From contig JAQOWU010000007.1 in assembly GCA_030867685.1 (NCBI GenBank), forward strand, positions 1,488,001 through 1,552,000: 64,000 bases of DNA. The letters are read 5' to 3'. Both the position numbers and the translations under genes were made by a program. The notes beneath the pieces were generated by a model that did no database searches, was not told where the DNA came from, and was given only the letters and a program-made list of their open reading frames with translations. Below, one piece after another: positions 52,804-63,124 of the stretch. This DNA is from Wickerhamiella versatilis. Its lineage: Eukaryota. The first letter of the stretch is position 1. Every line of letters begins with the position of its first letter.

Positions 52804-54822
52804 TTAACATATGTTGCAGTTTTCTCCTGTCACTTCTGCAGCTGCTACCTCAGGAAAAAGGTCAATTGCAGGGTCGACCCACGGGATGAATTCGAAAGGA
52901 CTGTTCAAGGTGTCCAAGCCACGATTCACCATGAGATGTTCATTGGGCTCACCAACTGATTCGGAAGTTTGGACTTGATGGGGCGATGCGCCTAGAAAAC
53001 GTTCCCTGACTTTTAGCATTGCTTCCAGCTCGAGGCTCCAGATAGCATTATTCGAGCATGAAGCTAAATTAGGATCTCGGACAAGAGACATGGTTCTGAT
53101 CATTTCAAAATCTTGTGTGAAGTGTTCTCCAAGAGGATATTTCAACGAGTTCAAGAACAGAACCATATCCGCTGCAATAAGAGAATAGCATGAAAGAAAC
53201 GAGGTAGGCTTGTATTCTCTATTTTGTTCAAAGTCCAGTTTCATGAGAGAACGAGCTGCACTCGTTGCGATCATATTGGACTCCTTAGACAACTTATCGG
53301 TGTCTGAGGACCCCGGCACTTTGAAAAACGATGGCATGAATGCTGGTGTCGCATACATCTGTATCTTTAAAATTTGGTACAACATTTCCATGTGACTCTT
53401 TAAATTCGTCGAGAGGTCCAAGATATGGGAATGTGAATTGTTGCTGTGTACAGGCTTCTCGGTGGAAGGCATGATGAGACTGGCCGGAATCGTCTCGTGC
53501 CATTTATCAAGGTCTTCATTCAAAGCTCGAATATCGGCTATAATCTGCTGACTGGATCTGTTTGTGGCTGTTACAGAAAAAATCCGCTCATACAATTTAT
53601 CATATATGAAAGAAAGCTTGGCCTCATACTGCAAAAAGTGGAGATCAGATGACCCTGGCCAATCCGGACCTGGCAGGGGAGCCGAAATTTCTGAAGAACG
53701 CATGCCAGGAGGGTGGCCTCCAATAATAGCGAGTGACGAGTCATAAGTATAGAGTATCCACCAAGCGTCAAGTGTCCGACGACGCGAAGAGGGTGTCATA
53801 TCTTCATAAACTTCTGCACGGTTGAGACCCATGTGCTGCCCGATTCGCAGAGCAATGGCAATTGCATAATAAGTTTGAGGCGTGGGACTAAATATCACGG
53901 ATCCTATTGCATAAATTACCAATGCACGAAACAGGCAGCTTGTTGGATGGGCCAGACCGGAGACAGACCAGGCTCGGGTTGCTTGCGTGAATGCAAAGAC
54001 GATTTGTTCACGAATATAAGTGTCACTGAACTGGTGCAAATGACCCTTGTTCAACATTAAGCCCAACATGACCATTATCAAGCTAGGTCTAGCAATGGCA
54101 TATGCTGTTGGGTTCTGCTCTAACATTTCACTCCATTCATCGGGCCGCACAAGCGTGTTGATGAAGTCCGAGTCCGACCCGTGATGCAATTGCAAACATA
54201 CATTTTCCACTGCAGGATCTATCTGGGATGGACCACTGTGACATTTTAGCATCAGTCTATTTAATTCCTCGTCCCGGTTCTGAAAGACTTTCTGAATTGC
54301 GCTCGTAAACTTTTTTGCGAAGGATGGGTCACCAATTCGATCTGACATTCGGGCAAGGTTGGGGGGAGACATCATGGACGAGAATATGTTATGCTGGTAG
54401 ATGGTCGGCTTCATATCATCATCAACACTGGGCTTCTCGAGCCGCAGGATCGGAATGTCTTCCTGTGATGGCCCATGTGCAGGGCTCTGATTCGTCTCCT
54501 GGGGTGATGTGTCTTCATCGCTGCTAAACTGATCTCCACCCTCATGATTTTGTAGGGGATCAGAAGGGGACAGTTGGGCTCCTGCATGCTGTGCCAACCT
54601 TACCAAGAGCTGCTCGATCCGGTCAATTCGGGCACCAAGAGGGGAGGAACGATTTTGGGAATTCGGCTTTCGTTGCTCGGTATAAACGCAAACTAAACCC
54701 GCCTTAGTACATTGGCCACAAACAGGCTTTTCTGAGTTACATCTAACTTTCCGACGCCGACACGAGTCACATGCCTGTGATGTTCTCTGTCGCTTCGAAC
54801 GGTTTCCCTCTTCAGCAGACAT
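52804..54822 (-). CDS. Zn(II)2Cys6 transcription factor
   Basis: ACDSCRRRKVRCNSEKPVCGQC...C, middle homology region MGLNR...RRRTLDAWW. Confidence 0.93.
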   Translation of the reverse strand: MSAEEGNRSKRQRTSQACDSCRRRKVRCNSEKPVCGQCTKAGLVCVYTEQRKPNSQNRSSPLGARIDRIEQLLVRLAQHAGAQLSPSDPLQNHEGGDQFSSDEDTSPQETNQSPAHGPSQEDIPILRLEKPSVDDDMKPTIYQHNIFSSMMSPPNLARMSDRIGDPSFAKKFTSAIQKVFQNRDEELNRLMLKCHSGPSQIDPAVENVCLQLHHGSDSDFINTLVRPDEWSEMLEQNPTAYAIARPSLIMVMLGLMLNKGHLHQFSDTYIREQIVFAFTQATRAWSVSGLAHPTSCLFRALVIYAIGSVIFSPTPQTYYAIAIALRIGQHMGLNRAEVYEDMTPSSRRRTLDAWWILYTYDSSLAIIGGHPPGMRSSEISAPLPGPDWPGSSDLHFLQYEAKLSFIYDKLYERIFSVTATNRSSQQIIADIRALNEDLDKWHETIPASLIMPSTEKPVHSNNSHSHILDLSTNLKSHMEMLYQILKIQMYATPAFMPSFFKVPGSSDTDKLSKESNMIATSAARSLMKLDFEQNREYKPTSFLSCYSLIAADMVLFLNSLKYPLGEHFTQDFEMIRTMSLVRDPNLASCSNNAIWSLELEAMLKVRERFLGASPHQVQTSESVGEPNEHLMVNRGLDTLNSPFEFIPWVDPAIDLFPEVAAAEVTGENCNIC

Positions 54823-54941
54823 ATGGAGTAAAAGTTACTAATCAAGTGACTACAGGCTTAAATGAAGGGCAACAGCCTTAAAAAAGCTAACTACACCTTC
54901 ACTAAAACTTTGTCTATATAGAAGCCATAAAATTCACCTGC

Positions 54942-55856
54942 TTACCACTTGCGGCCAAACAACTTAGTCTGGAACAAGTCGTAAAGGGCGAGCACACCTG
55001 CAGCAGCAACACCACGAAGGATGTTGGCACCCGCACCGCGGAAGAGCGACAACGCACCCTCAGCCTTAATGATGGATGAGAAGCAGTCGATAGAGCTCTT
55101 GTAGTGAACACCACTACCCGATGTCATCATCATACGACGACGGACAGTGTCCAGCGGGTAGGAAGCGATACCAGAGGCAACGGTAACAGCCCAACCAACG
55201 AAGAAACTGGCGATGAAAGAGTCGCGCAAGGCACCGACAAGGACGACAGGCTTGAGCGAGTCATAGAGACCGAAGTAGAAACCACGGTAGACCATGATAC
55301 CAGCGACAGAAGGTCCGAAACCACGGTAAAGACCCTGGAGACCGTCAGAGCGGTAGGTCTTGCCGAAGACGTCGAACAAACCGTTGAACTGCTCCTCACC
55401 ACCCTTTGAGCGGGCAGTGGCAGCAAGACGGGTACGGGCGTAGTCAAGGGGGTAGACGAAAGCAAGGGAGACGGCACCAGCACCGGCACCGGCACCGATG
55501 TTCTTACCGAGCTTGGTGGTGAAGCCATCGTCCTTGTTCTGCTTGAACATAGCCTTGAACTTATCCTTGAAGGCGAAGTTAAGCGCCTGGGTAGGGAAGT
55601 AACGCAAGACGTTAGCAAGGTTACCGTTCCAAAGAGAAACGACACCCTCAGTCTTGACAGTGCGAACAAAGCACTCGCCAATACCCTTGTAACGAGACTC
55701 AAGACGGCCCTGCTTGATCATCTCGTCCTGGTTCTGCAGGAGCAACTTGATACGCTCGATGGGTGCGGCAGACGTCTTAGAGACGGCAGCCGACACACCG
55801 GCCATCATAAAGTCAATCAAAAAGCTCGACTGCTTCTTTTCCACACCTTCAGACAT
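54942..55856 (-). CDS. Mitochondrial ADP/ATP carrier (Aac/Pet9 family)
   Basis: [27 protein letters not shown] signature. Strong codon bias. Confidence 0.98.
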   Translation of the reverse strand: MSEGVEKKQSSFLIDFMMAGVSAAVSKTSAAPIERIKLLLQNQDEMIKQGRLESRYKGIGECFVRTVKTEGVVSLWNGNLANVLRYFPTQALNFAFKDKFKAMFKQNKDDGFTTKLGKNIGAGAGAGAVSLAFVYPLDYARTRLAATARSKGGEEQFNGLFDVFGKTYRSDGLQGLYRGFGPSVAGIMVYRGFYFGLYDSLKPVVLVGALRDSFIASFFVGWAVTVASGIASYPLDTVRRRMMMTSGSGVHYKSSIDCFSSIIKAEGALSLFRGAGANILRGVAAAGVLALYDLFQTKLFGRKW

Positions 55857-55899
55857 GGCGCTATTACTTGAAAAAATTCAGAGAAGCGGCTTTTGCCCA

Positions 55900-55934
55900 T
55901 TTATAATCTCCCATCCCTGACGCGCCATGATTGG
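55900..55934 (-). promoter_or_regulatory. TATAAA and CCAATCA (Hap complex) elements of the ADP/ATP carrier promoter
   Basis: TTTATA 55900-55905 and TGATTGG 55928-55934 on the + strand. Confidence 0.55.
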
Positions 55935-56167
55935 CCAAATGGTACCCCTAACCTACATTCTCTGGAATAGGGCAGTGTCACAAACAGTTCGCGGCCCATA
56001 GGCAGCTTGGTGGATCTGAAGTCTGTGCATTTCCTAGAATAAGGTTAGAAAATTATATATCATAATTAATCCAAGGTCTCACAAGGGAGGCTGCCCGTCT
56101 ACACAAACTTCGAGGCTATCACCCTGCATAGACGGGGCGAGGGTACGAATTGGCGTTTTATTTTTAT

Positions 56168-56878
56168 TTATTGGCTCTTCCGGAGGGAAGACCGCGCAGG
56201 CAAAGGCGATGACACACTACGCATGCTGGTACTTCGTGGAATCCCACTAGAAATAGTTTGTAGATGTTGAGACGGCTGGGATGGTTGGGAGGGCCGGGTA
56301 GGACTAAGTGTAGCTGAAGGTGATCGTCGTAAGGATGCTTGAGTAGGCCTCATATAGCTAGGTAGCTCCTTTGGGGCTGGGGGTAGTTTATGCGGAATTA
56401 TCCGATTTTGGCGGCTCGGTGACTTGACCGGGGACCGCTGGCGCTGCCGGCTTGCTAGGGCAGCACCAGCAGTGACAGTGTTGCTCATCGGCTGTGTTTG
56501 GTATAATGGAACTGCAGATTCCGCAGTTCTCAACCTCTTTGAAGGCGATTCCAGTGAACTACTCTGCTTCTTCATGCTCTGGGGTGGTCTCATGATGGGC
56601 GGGGCGATAGAAGCGCTCCTTTGGAATTCACGCCGATGCGCGGCACTATAGCGATTCTGAGGACTTCGAGGCCGTGGTATTGCCCTTGGACGGGTTGGTG
56701 ATAATGGTGGTGGTGCACCTAAGTTATTGTTGTCAAGTACATTTGCCGAGGCAGGCTGCTTCATTGCTTGCTCTGCCCGTGCGTTCATCTCACGCAAGAT
56801 CTTGTCATTTACCGTCTCATAGCCAGCAACTTGATATGCCTGGGAAAAACTTAAAGGGCTTTGCCCATTGAAATTCAT
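56168..56878 (-). CDS. Basic Ser/Pro/Arg-rich disordered protein of unknown function
   Basis: 236-codon frame from ATG 56878, many SP sites, PSYMRPTQAS motif. Confidence 0.75.
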   Translation of the reverse strand: MNFNGQSPLSFSQAYQVAGYETVNDKILREMNARAEQAMKQPASANVLDNNNLGAPPPLSPTRPRAIPRPRSPQNRYSAAHRREFQRSASIAPPIMRPPQSMKKQSSSLESPSKRLRTAESAVPLYQTQPMSNTVTAGAALASRQRQRSPVKSPSRQNRIIPHKLPPAPKELPSYMRPTQASLRRSPSATLSPTRPSQPSQPSQHLQTISSGIPRSTSMRSVSSPLPARSSLRKSQ

Positions 56879-56942
56879 AGGCACAAGCTGCCTTCCTGGC
56901 TATGGTGAGTTTGATCCTGATTGGGACGAATTGTAAATAAAT

Positions 56943-56954
56943 TGTCACGTGACA
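56943..56954. promoter_or_regulatory. 12-bp palindrome TGTCACGTGACA (Cbf1/bHLH type)
   Basis: About 65 bp upstream of the ATG at 56878. Confidence 0.5.
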
Positions 56955-57182
56955 CACAACACATCCGACATAATAATAATAATAGAGCATGCAAGCTTAA
57001 AATGCGTGTATGTATGCGCTATTACGTATAAATCTAGGGCGGAGCGCAGTGTAAATCAATCTGTCTTAGAGTCTAATGCATTGCAATGCTATGTATTGAT
57101 GATAATTTGCTCGGTCGGGTAAATAAAAAATTGGAATGACCGAAGTTAACGAATGATAAGTGACATCAGAATATTTACCATT

Positions 57183-57212
57183 TGGACAGGGTAGCTGGAC
57201 AGGGCAGCTGGA
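57183..57212 (+). repeat. 13-bp tandem repeat TGGACAGGGYAGC x2.3
   Basis: Read directly; intergenic, downstream of APP1. Confidence 0.85.
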
Positions 57213-57290
57213 ATTTTTTACACTGGAAGAGAAAAGAAAAAATCATTATAAGGCCAAAGTCAAAAAGGGAAAAAAGAAGATGAAGTCCTT

Positions 57291-59564
57291 CTAGAGAAGA
57301 CTGTCCTTGTCTCCCTTAACCAACCTTAACGTTTCAGCTTCTACTTCCTCGGGTTTCCGATACATCTGCAACCTTATGCCTTCTGGAAGGGTGCGCTTGT
57401 TGTAAACAACTCGATCTATCCAGTGATCAATCCGTTTGTCCACGGTGGGATGTTCGACAAGCAATTCCGTGGGATCTTGTGAGCTGGGCATTACAACCGG
57501 CGGTGGTTGAGATGTTACGCGTTGATGGCCAGATCGCCTGGGCGCGATGTCCGTAAGAGAGGATGATCTGCTTGACTCGTCATCCTCAGGTGACGCCTCT
57601 CGCGACCCAACTATGAATGTTGGCGGGGGCTTGGGCCGATGTTGCGATCGAGGGGGCAAACTGGGTGCCGGGCTCCTAAAAACAGACGAGGCACTGGATG
57701 CTGCACTTGATGCCGCGCTGCTCATAGCGCCTATGAATTTCGATGATTTTTTCCGGATGTATGATGGGCGCTCAGGCTTTTGCGGTCTTTCGGGCAACGG
57801 TGGCGGAGTACCACCGTCTAGTTGAATTAAAGTATCAGACGGAACCCTTTTCTTTCGTGCAAGTTGCTTATCGTACACAGAAAGAGGCTCATCAGGAGGA
57901 AGTGTGATATCACGAATGTAGATCGCTATAACTTGGTCCGGAAACTTCTTCGCGAGTTCCACGTAGGTCTCGAGATCCACTTCACCAGAATCACCAATTA
58001 AAATAAATTTTCGTTCCGGGAAATCACGAAGAATGGTCTCCAATGCAACGCGCTTCCGTCCGTGGGCTGGCTCCATCATGCCATCAATTAAGCCCTGGTA
58101 ATGCTTTAGGTGAATAGATCCTTCTGGAAATTTGCTGGCCTCCAAGAAGCCCAATACAGAGTCGTATAACTGCCATGGTGAATTTGAAACGTAATGGAAG
58201 GCAGCCCCCGCATCTTTCAGCTTGCGGTACCAATCCGGTGCGCCGCGCACGCATACGTCTTCGAAATCCTTGAGCAGAACGTTTTGCAGCACTTCACGCT
58301 TAGGGCCGGTTATTCCAGTATTTCTGATCGTGTCGTCTATATCTGTGATGACAGAAACACCTTTTATATCCACCTCCTCCACAGCAAGAGTACGAATGCC
58401 TGAACCACAAATAGCGTGAATCTTACCAGGCTTCCACGGAAGCGGACAATTGTGACGGAATCTTCCATTTTCGTCCGTGTGGCACCAGTATTCACGGCGA
58501 TGCAGTCCATCCACTGAGGTCAATAAAAGACAAACTTCACGGAACGCAAGAGACCTGGCCGCTACAGCCGACATGCGTTCCCTCAATACTTTACGGTAGT
58601 GACTATGCTGATGTTGGTGGGGATGGTGGGCATGATAAAGCTGCGACGAATTCTGTCGACAGTGTGAACTGCCGCTGTGCGAGGACGTAGGGGTGAAGGT
58701 TGGCCCAGGTGAGGGGTTTGGCGAGCGACCGCGAACGGGGGATCCAGGAGCGGATTTGCGTCCTCGGTCCATCATGACATGGTCGCTACTTGGCACTCGC
58801 AGAAGTTGGGACTGCGGACGTGAGTGAGAGGGGCTAGATGGTGGGCTGGGGGCAGGGCTAGACGCGCGACTTATCGGCTTGGACCAGCTACGAAGAAGGC
58901 CTGGACGTTTGGGTGGATGGTGAACGAATTCATTGGACGTCCGTGGCGTTGGGCTTCGAGACGGTGATCGTACATCATCCATGTCGATCAGCTTACCCAT
59001 TTCAGACTCGATTGCATGGTCTGAGACATGAACTGGCCGCTTCCCGGGTGTTCCTACAAGACGCTCCATGGCTATTATCATGAGACGACCCTTGCGGTTC
59101 ACTCCGGGTTGAAAGACCCACCCGAGGACGGGCACTATATATCGATGATTTGGGTCCCTGGTTTGCCGGCAGTATGTCCGGTATAATATTAATTCTTCGC
59201 CACTAGAATGTTCGTGACGATTGGTTGTCGATCCTGGTCCTGGAGCAGGGCTGGCGCCACGGCTAGCGGGACGACTGGACGGTGCATGGATGGGTATGCT
59301 ATGCCCACGCATTGAACGAAGTACCTGGCCGAGAGGAGGACTTTTCCGAGGAGTGTCCTGCATGGTACGACCTATCCGCCTAGGCAATCGCAGACGCGGG
59401 AGAATCTGGCTTATACGACGAAACCTCACTGTAGAGGACGAGATGGGTCCCCCCGCTGACTCAACTAAATTGTCAAGGAGCTGCTTACCTTCTCCTCGGA
59501 TGGTTGCTGTGCTCGCTGACGACGTGATGGCAACCTCTGATGCTATCATATATAACATCTCCAT
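57291..59564 (-). CDS. APP1: Actin-patch phosphatidate phosphatase App1
   Basis: VITDIDDT, FHYVSNSPWQLY, FPERKFILIGDSGEVDLE, IYIRDI, Pro-rich flanks. Start uncertain; first in-frame ATG at 59564. Confidence 0.9.
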   Translation of the reverse strand: MEMLYMIASEVAITSSASTATIRGEGKQLLDNLVESAGGPISSSTVRFRRISQILPRLRLPRRIGRTMQDTPRKSPPLGQVLRSMRGHSIPIHAPSSRPASRGASPAPGPGSTTNRHEHSSGEELILYRTYCRQTRDPNHRYIVPVLGWVFQPGVNRKGRLMIIAMERLVGTPGKRPVHVSDHAIESEMGKLIDMDDVRSPSRSPTPRTSNEFVHHPPKRPGLLRSWSKPISRASSPAPSPPSSPSHSRPQSQLLRVPSSDHVMMDRGRKSAPGSPVRGRSPNPSPGPTFTPTSSHSGSSHCRQNSSQLYHAHHPHQHQHSHYRKVLRERMSAVAARSLAFREVCLLLTSVDGLHRREYWCHTDENGRFRHNCPLPWKPGKIHAICGSGIRTLAVEEVDIKGVSVITDIDDTIRNTGITGPKREVLQNVLLKDFEDVCVRGAPDWYRKLKDAGAAFHYVSNSPWQLYDSVLGFLEASKFPEGSIHLKHYQGLIDGMMEPAHGRKRVALETILRDFPERKFILIGDSGEVDLETYVELAKKFPDQVIAIYIRDITLPPDEPLSVYDKQLARKKRVPSDTLIQLDGGTPPPLPERPQKPERPSYIRKKSSKFIGAMSSAASSAASSASSVFRSPAPSLPPRSQHRPKPPPTFIVGSREASPEDDESSRSSSLTDIAPRRSGHQRVTSQPPPVVMPSSQDPTELLVEHPTVDKRIDHWIDRVVYNKRTLPEGIRLQMYRKPEEVEAETLRLVKGDKDSLL

Positions 59565-59980
59565 AGCCTTGGGGGATATGTTGCTGGTATAATTGGAACT
59601 ATCTTCTTTGCGACCTCCTTCCCTACTAATAACCGCGTTAAGTTGGCGCAAAAGTGGTGTTTGCTGTGCAAGCACAAAAAACCAAAAGGAAAATTCTTCA
59701 GCGGGGCTCATCAGGGGCCTCAATTTATTGCCAATTCCTTACACTCGTGATGCTGGAAGGTGAGGGTGCGGTACCCTAACATCTCTGTAAGGGCAACTTT
59801 ACGACACTAATATTTGTATTGGAAAAACCTGTAATGCGCTATGGTGCACCGGGAAATTAAATACTTATGCCACCAATTGCTTTCAAACTCCTACATATCT
59901 TTAGATTAAATTATATGCGATTGGTTTTCTAAAATACCCCCACGAAAGGAAGACTAGTCAGTATCCTTCAGCTATGTACT

Positions 59981-60015
59981 GTGAAGTTCTGTGAAGTTCT
60001 GTGAAGTTATGTGAA
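59981..60015 (+). repeat. 10-bp tandem repeat GTGAAGTTCT x3.5
   Basis: Read directly; intergenic. Confidence 0.9.
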
Positions 60016-60301
60016 TGCATGGCCGTGCTACTAAGGTACCTAAAATTTCTCCTATAATTTCTACTTTTTTGAGGGTGGGCATTCTGGGACGTAAAGCTAG
60101 TAGTGTTTGCCACATTTGATAATCCTGGTAGAGCATGTGGCGAATTCATCGAAAACATGGTAGCAATGTTTTAGCACAGCAAATACCGATTGTCGGAAAT
60201 TAGCTCGTGCGTAGCAGGCAATTTGAGTGTGAAACTCACGTCATTGGGGGTCTTAAAAATCCCTTAGTCAGACATCCTTGTGCTGCAGCCTTGTCCTGAT
60301 A

Positions 60302-60637
60302 ATGGTTGAACCCCAGAGTCGAGGAGGCCCTGGTGCTTGGCTGCGCCGCGCTTTGCGATTGGGAGAAAGGAGTGAGCGTCCTACTTCTATACGGGTGACA
60401 GAGGCTCCCCAGAAGGAGGGGTCGCCCTCGATGTCCAGTGAAAAGCCAGGATCCGTGATGTTTAGAGCACCTCCTCATGGTAAGGCTGACGGTCAGAGCG
60501 TGAAGACAAAAGGTGATAATGCCAGTGTAATGACTATTGCATCAAGCTCGAAGCGGACACGGAGATCATTCGATACCAATGCATCTACACGTGCCCTAGC
60601 TGCAGAGTCACTATTCAGTGTTGACACAGAGAATTAA
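60302..60637 (+). CDS. Small protein of unknown function (111 aa)
   Basis: ATG at 60302. C-terminal DNASVMTIASSSKRTRRSFDTNASTRALA looks like a conserved linear motif. Confidence 0.65.
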   Translation: MVEPQSRGGPGAWLRRALRLGERSERPTSIRVTEAPQKEGSPSMSSEKPGSVMFRAPPHGKADGQSVKTKGDNASVMTIASSSKRTRRSFDTNASTRALAAESLFSVDTEN

Positions 60638-60933
60638 CCGTGTTTCCTGAGCTTGACTCTGTGTTTTTATGAAAGACTCGTACTAGTATTCCTTCACCAG
60701 GACCAGAAACTACCTTTTATTTCAACCTTGATAGAGGGTCCCATTGGTTAATAGAATGATGGCATGCACCTGGCCATGCTCATGCTGCTCAAGTTCAAGT
60801 AATCCTTGATGACTTTTTTTTCTTATTGAAAGTTGCGACAATATAAATTAAATCGATTGTCTCTAACATAGATGCTATGAAATCTCAATACTTTACATTG
60901 TTAGTATAAGATGGTCGGCACTACCTTGCGAAT

Positions 60934-62412
60934 TCACTCTTCTTCGCGCTTTTGTGGTTCGTAAGAGTAGTTTCCACTATTATACTGAGCATAATACCCA
61001 GCATGTGGGTCATATGAGGCATAATCATCCTTAATAGAAGGCTTTGCATCATGACCTCGTCCATCTGAAAGAGGTGGTTGTGCTTGCCGTTGTGGTGGTG
61101 GTAATTGTACTGATGGGACAGAATGCTGAGGAAGCTGCTGGCGCACAGTTGGAATTGAACCGTAGGTTGGTTGTGGTTGCTGGCCGGGGATTGAATGCGA
61201 CGGGGCCTGGGGCTGGGGCTGTGGTTGGCGAGTCACCATGTGCGGTGATGCACCTGATGGAAGTTGTGGACGGCTAGCTGCCCCTCCTGACCGTAGGTCA
61301 TGGCTCACAGGGTGGTAAAGAACGCTTTTAATGTCAGTAACAAATAAGGGATATAGTAAGTCAACAATACGCTCTTTGTTAGCAAAATCTAATGCACGCT
61401 CGTAAGGAATCCAGACGCCCTTCAAATGCATTGCTCCCGCCTTTACGACATGACGGTTTCTTTCGCCTTTTAGGAGGCCATCGCGGCGGCCACGCGTCAT
61501 TCCAGCCACGTTCAACAGCTTCGTCCCGTTGATCATATCGTTATCTTCTCGTCGAGCAACACAAAATCCACGAGCCTCAACCTGGTAACATATGGTGCCT
61601 TCATCCTCCCAGAGTGAGGTGGTCACCTTTGGTTTTATACCTGGAGGTGGCGTCTGTCCAGATGGATCAGTGACTACCATAGTTGCAGGTATGGCACTTA
61701 TTTGAGTAGACGTGGTTGGCCTATGATTGGAAGTATGCTGTGCTGGTGTCGATGTGGCAGGAGAGCTATGCGAGCCCTGTGGAGCTGTATGCGCATGTAT
61801 AGTTTGTGTTGGAGCGAGGCCCATCTGGCCCAAGGGCGGTATGCCGTTGGGGGTTGTTCCAACTGCAGCTGCAGCTGCCGCAGACTGCTGCTGGGCCTGC
61901 TGGGCCTGCTGGGCCTGCTGAGCTTGTTGAGCCTGCATCATCATATAATAATAATCATTTGGAATGGGGTTCGGTCTATACTGCGGGTATTGGCCTGTAT
62001 ATGGCGTGGCATATGAGTACATCCCTGGTTGCTGCGACGCATATGGTTGCGGCATGGTTGGTCCAGCTGCCTGCGAGGCCAGCCCTCCTGGAGCAGCTCC
62101 ATTCGAACTGTTTGTTGCACCATCCTGGGATTCTTGGCCTGGCATAGGATAATAGTATGAAGGCTGAAACTGGGAATAGGGAGCAGCATAGTACTGTTGA
62201 GCTACAGCAGCTTGCTGTGCCGCCAGTGCTTGGGCCTGGGCTGCCGAAGGGGGTATTACCGGCTGATGCTGATGCGAGGGCGATATATTGCTCCCCGGGG
62301 TGCCATCTGCGGAAACTGTCGCAGTCGACTGTGGAGTCTGCGTTTGACGCGCCATTCCGTACGTTCCAGTGGACGCACCACTGTTCATTTGAGATGGCGG
62401 ATAAGGATACAT
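60934..62412 (-). CDS. APSES transcription factor (Efg1/Sok2/Phd1/StuA family)
   Basis: [46 protein letters not shown], Gln/Pro-rich flanks with (QQA)n. Confidence 0.96.
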   Translation of the reverse strand: MYPYPPSQMNSGASTGTYGMARQTQTPQSTATVSADGTPGSNISPSHQHQPVIPPSAAQAQALAAQQAAVAQQYYAAPYSQFQPSYYYPMPGQESQDGATNSSNGAAPGGLASQAAGPTMPQPYASQQPGMYSYATPYTGQYPQYRPNPIPNDYYYMMMQAQQAQQAQQAQQAQQQSAAAAAAVGTTPNGIPPLGQMGLAPTQTIHAHTAPQGSHSSPATSTPAQHTSNHRPTTSTQISAIPATMVVTDPSGQTPPPGIKPKVTTSLWEDEGTICYQVEARGFCVARREDNDMINGTKLLNVAGMTRGRRDGLLKGERNRHVVKAGAMHLKGVWIPYERALDFANKERIVDLLYPLFVTDIKSVLYHPVSHDLRSGGAASRPQLPSGASPHMVTRQPQPQPQAPSHSIPGQQPQPTYGSIPTVRQQLPQHSVPSVQLPPPQRQAQPPLSDGRGHDAKPSIKDDYASYDPHAGYYAQYNSGNYSYEPQKREEE

Positions 62413-63124
62413 AGACCGCCTGCGTGTGAAGGCTATGTAAGCACGGGCGCTAGTTAGTCGAACAATTGCGCAGCTTCCCTGTACTTAAACCCTAGCCCGA
62501 CAGAAGGTAATCGGCCAAGTTACGCTCTAGGCCGAAGATATAGCTACCTCTATTACTATCCTTCGGCAAAATGATCCGCAGATGTTACCTGCAGTGCTGC
62601 GGAACGGGGCGTCGATGTGGTAAAATGCACATGTTGGGCTAGGGGTATTCAACTCTGCGACGCACCTGCACCGAGATCGATAGCTTCTTGGCACTTAGTA
62701 TATGAAAAACTCGTCGGCTAAACTGGATTTTTTCGTGAAAAATGCATTTGAATACGGGAATCTAGTTTAAGTTTTGTCTTTCGCTTTGTGACAGTGCTTA
62801 GTGTTACAATGCGAACCTGTAACAAAGGGCAGCAGGAGCGCAGTAGCTCCGATCCGCATAGGTACAAGAATCGTTGACGCGCAGATAGCTAACCGAGAGA
62901 AGATTCTCCGACGTACAGCTTGTCAAATAGTCGTTGTGGACGGGTCTAAAAAAACTGGAGACATGCAGTACCTAACCTTGTGTCACCCTCTTTTTTACGC
63001 GATCACGCCCTTTACCCTTCGATCGAAGAGTACTGGAACTCGGGATTGTGTATATTTAACTCAACGAATTAGGAATAATAATTAGTAGCCGAATCACTTC
63101 AAGGCTACAGCAAAGCTTAAACGC

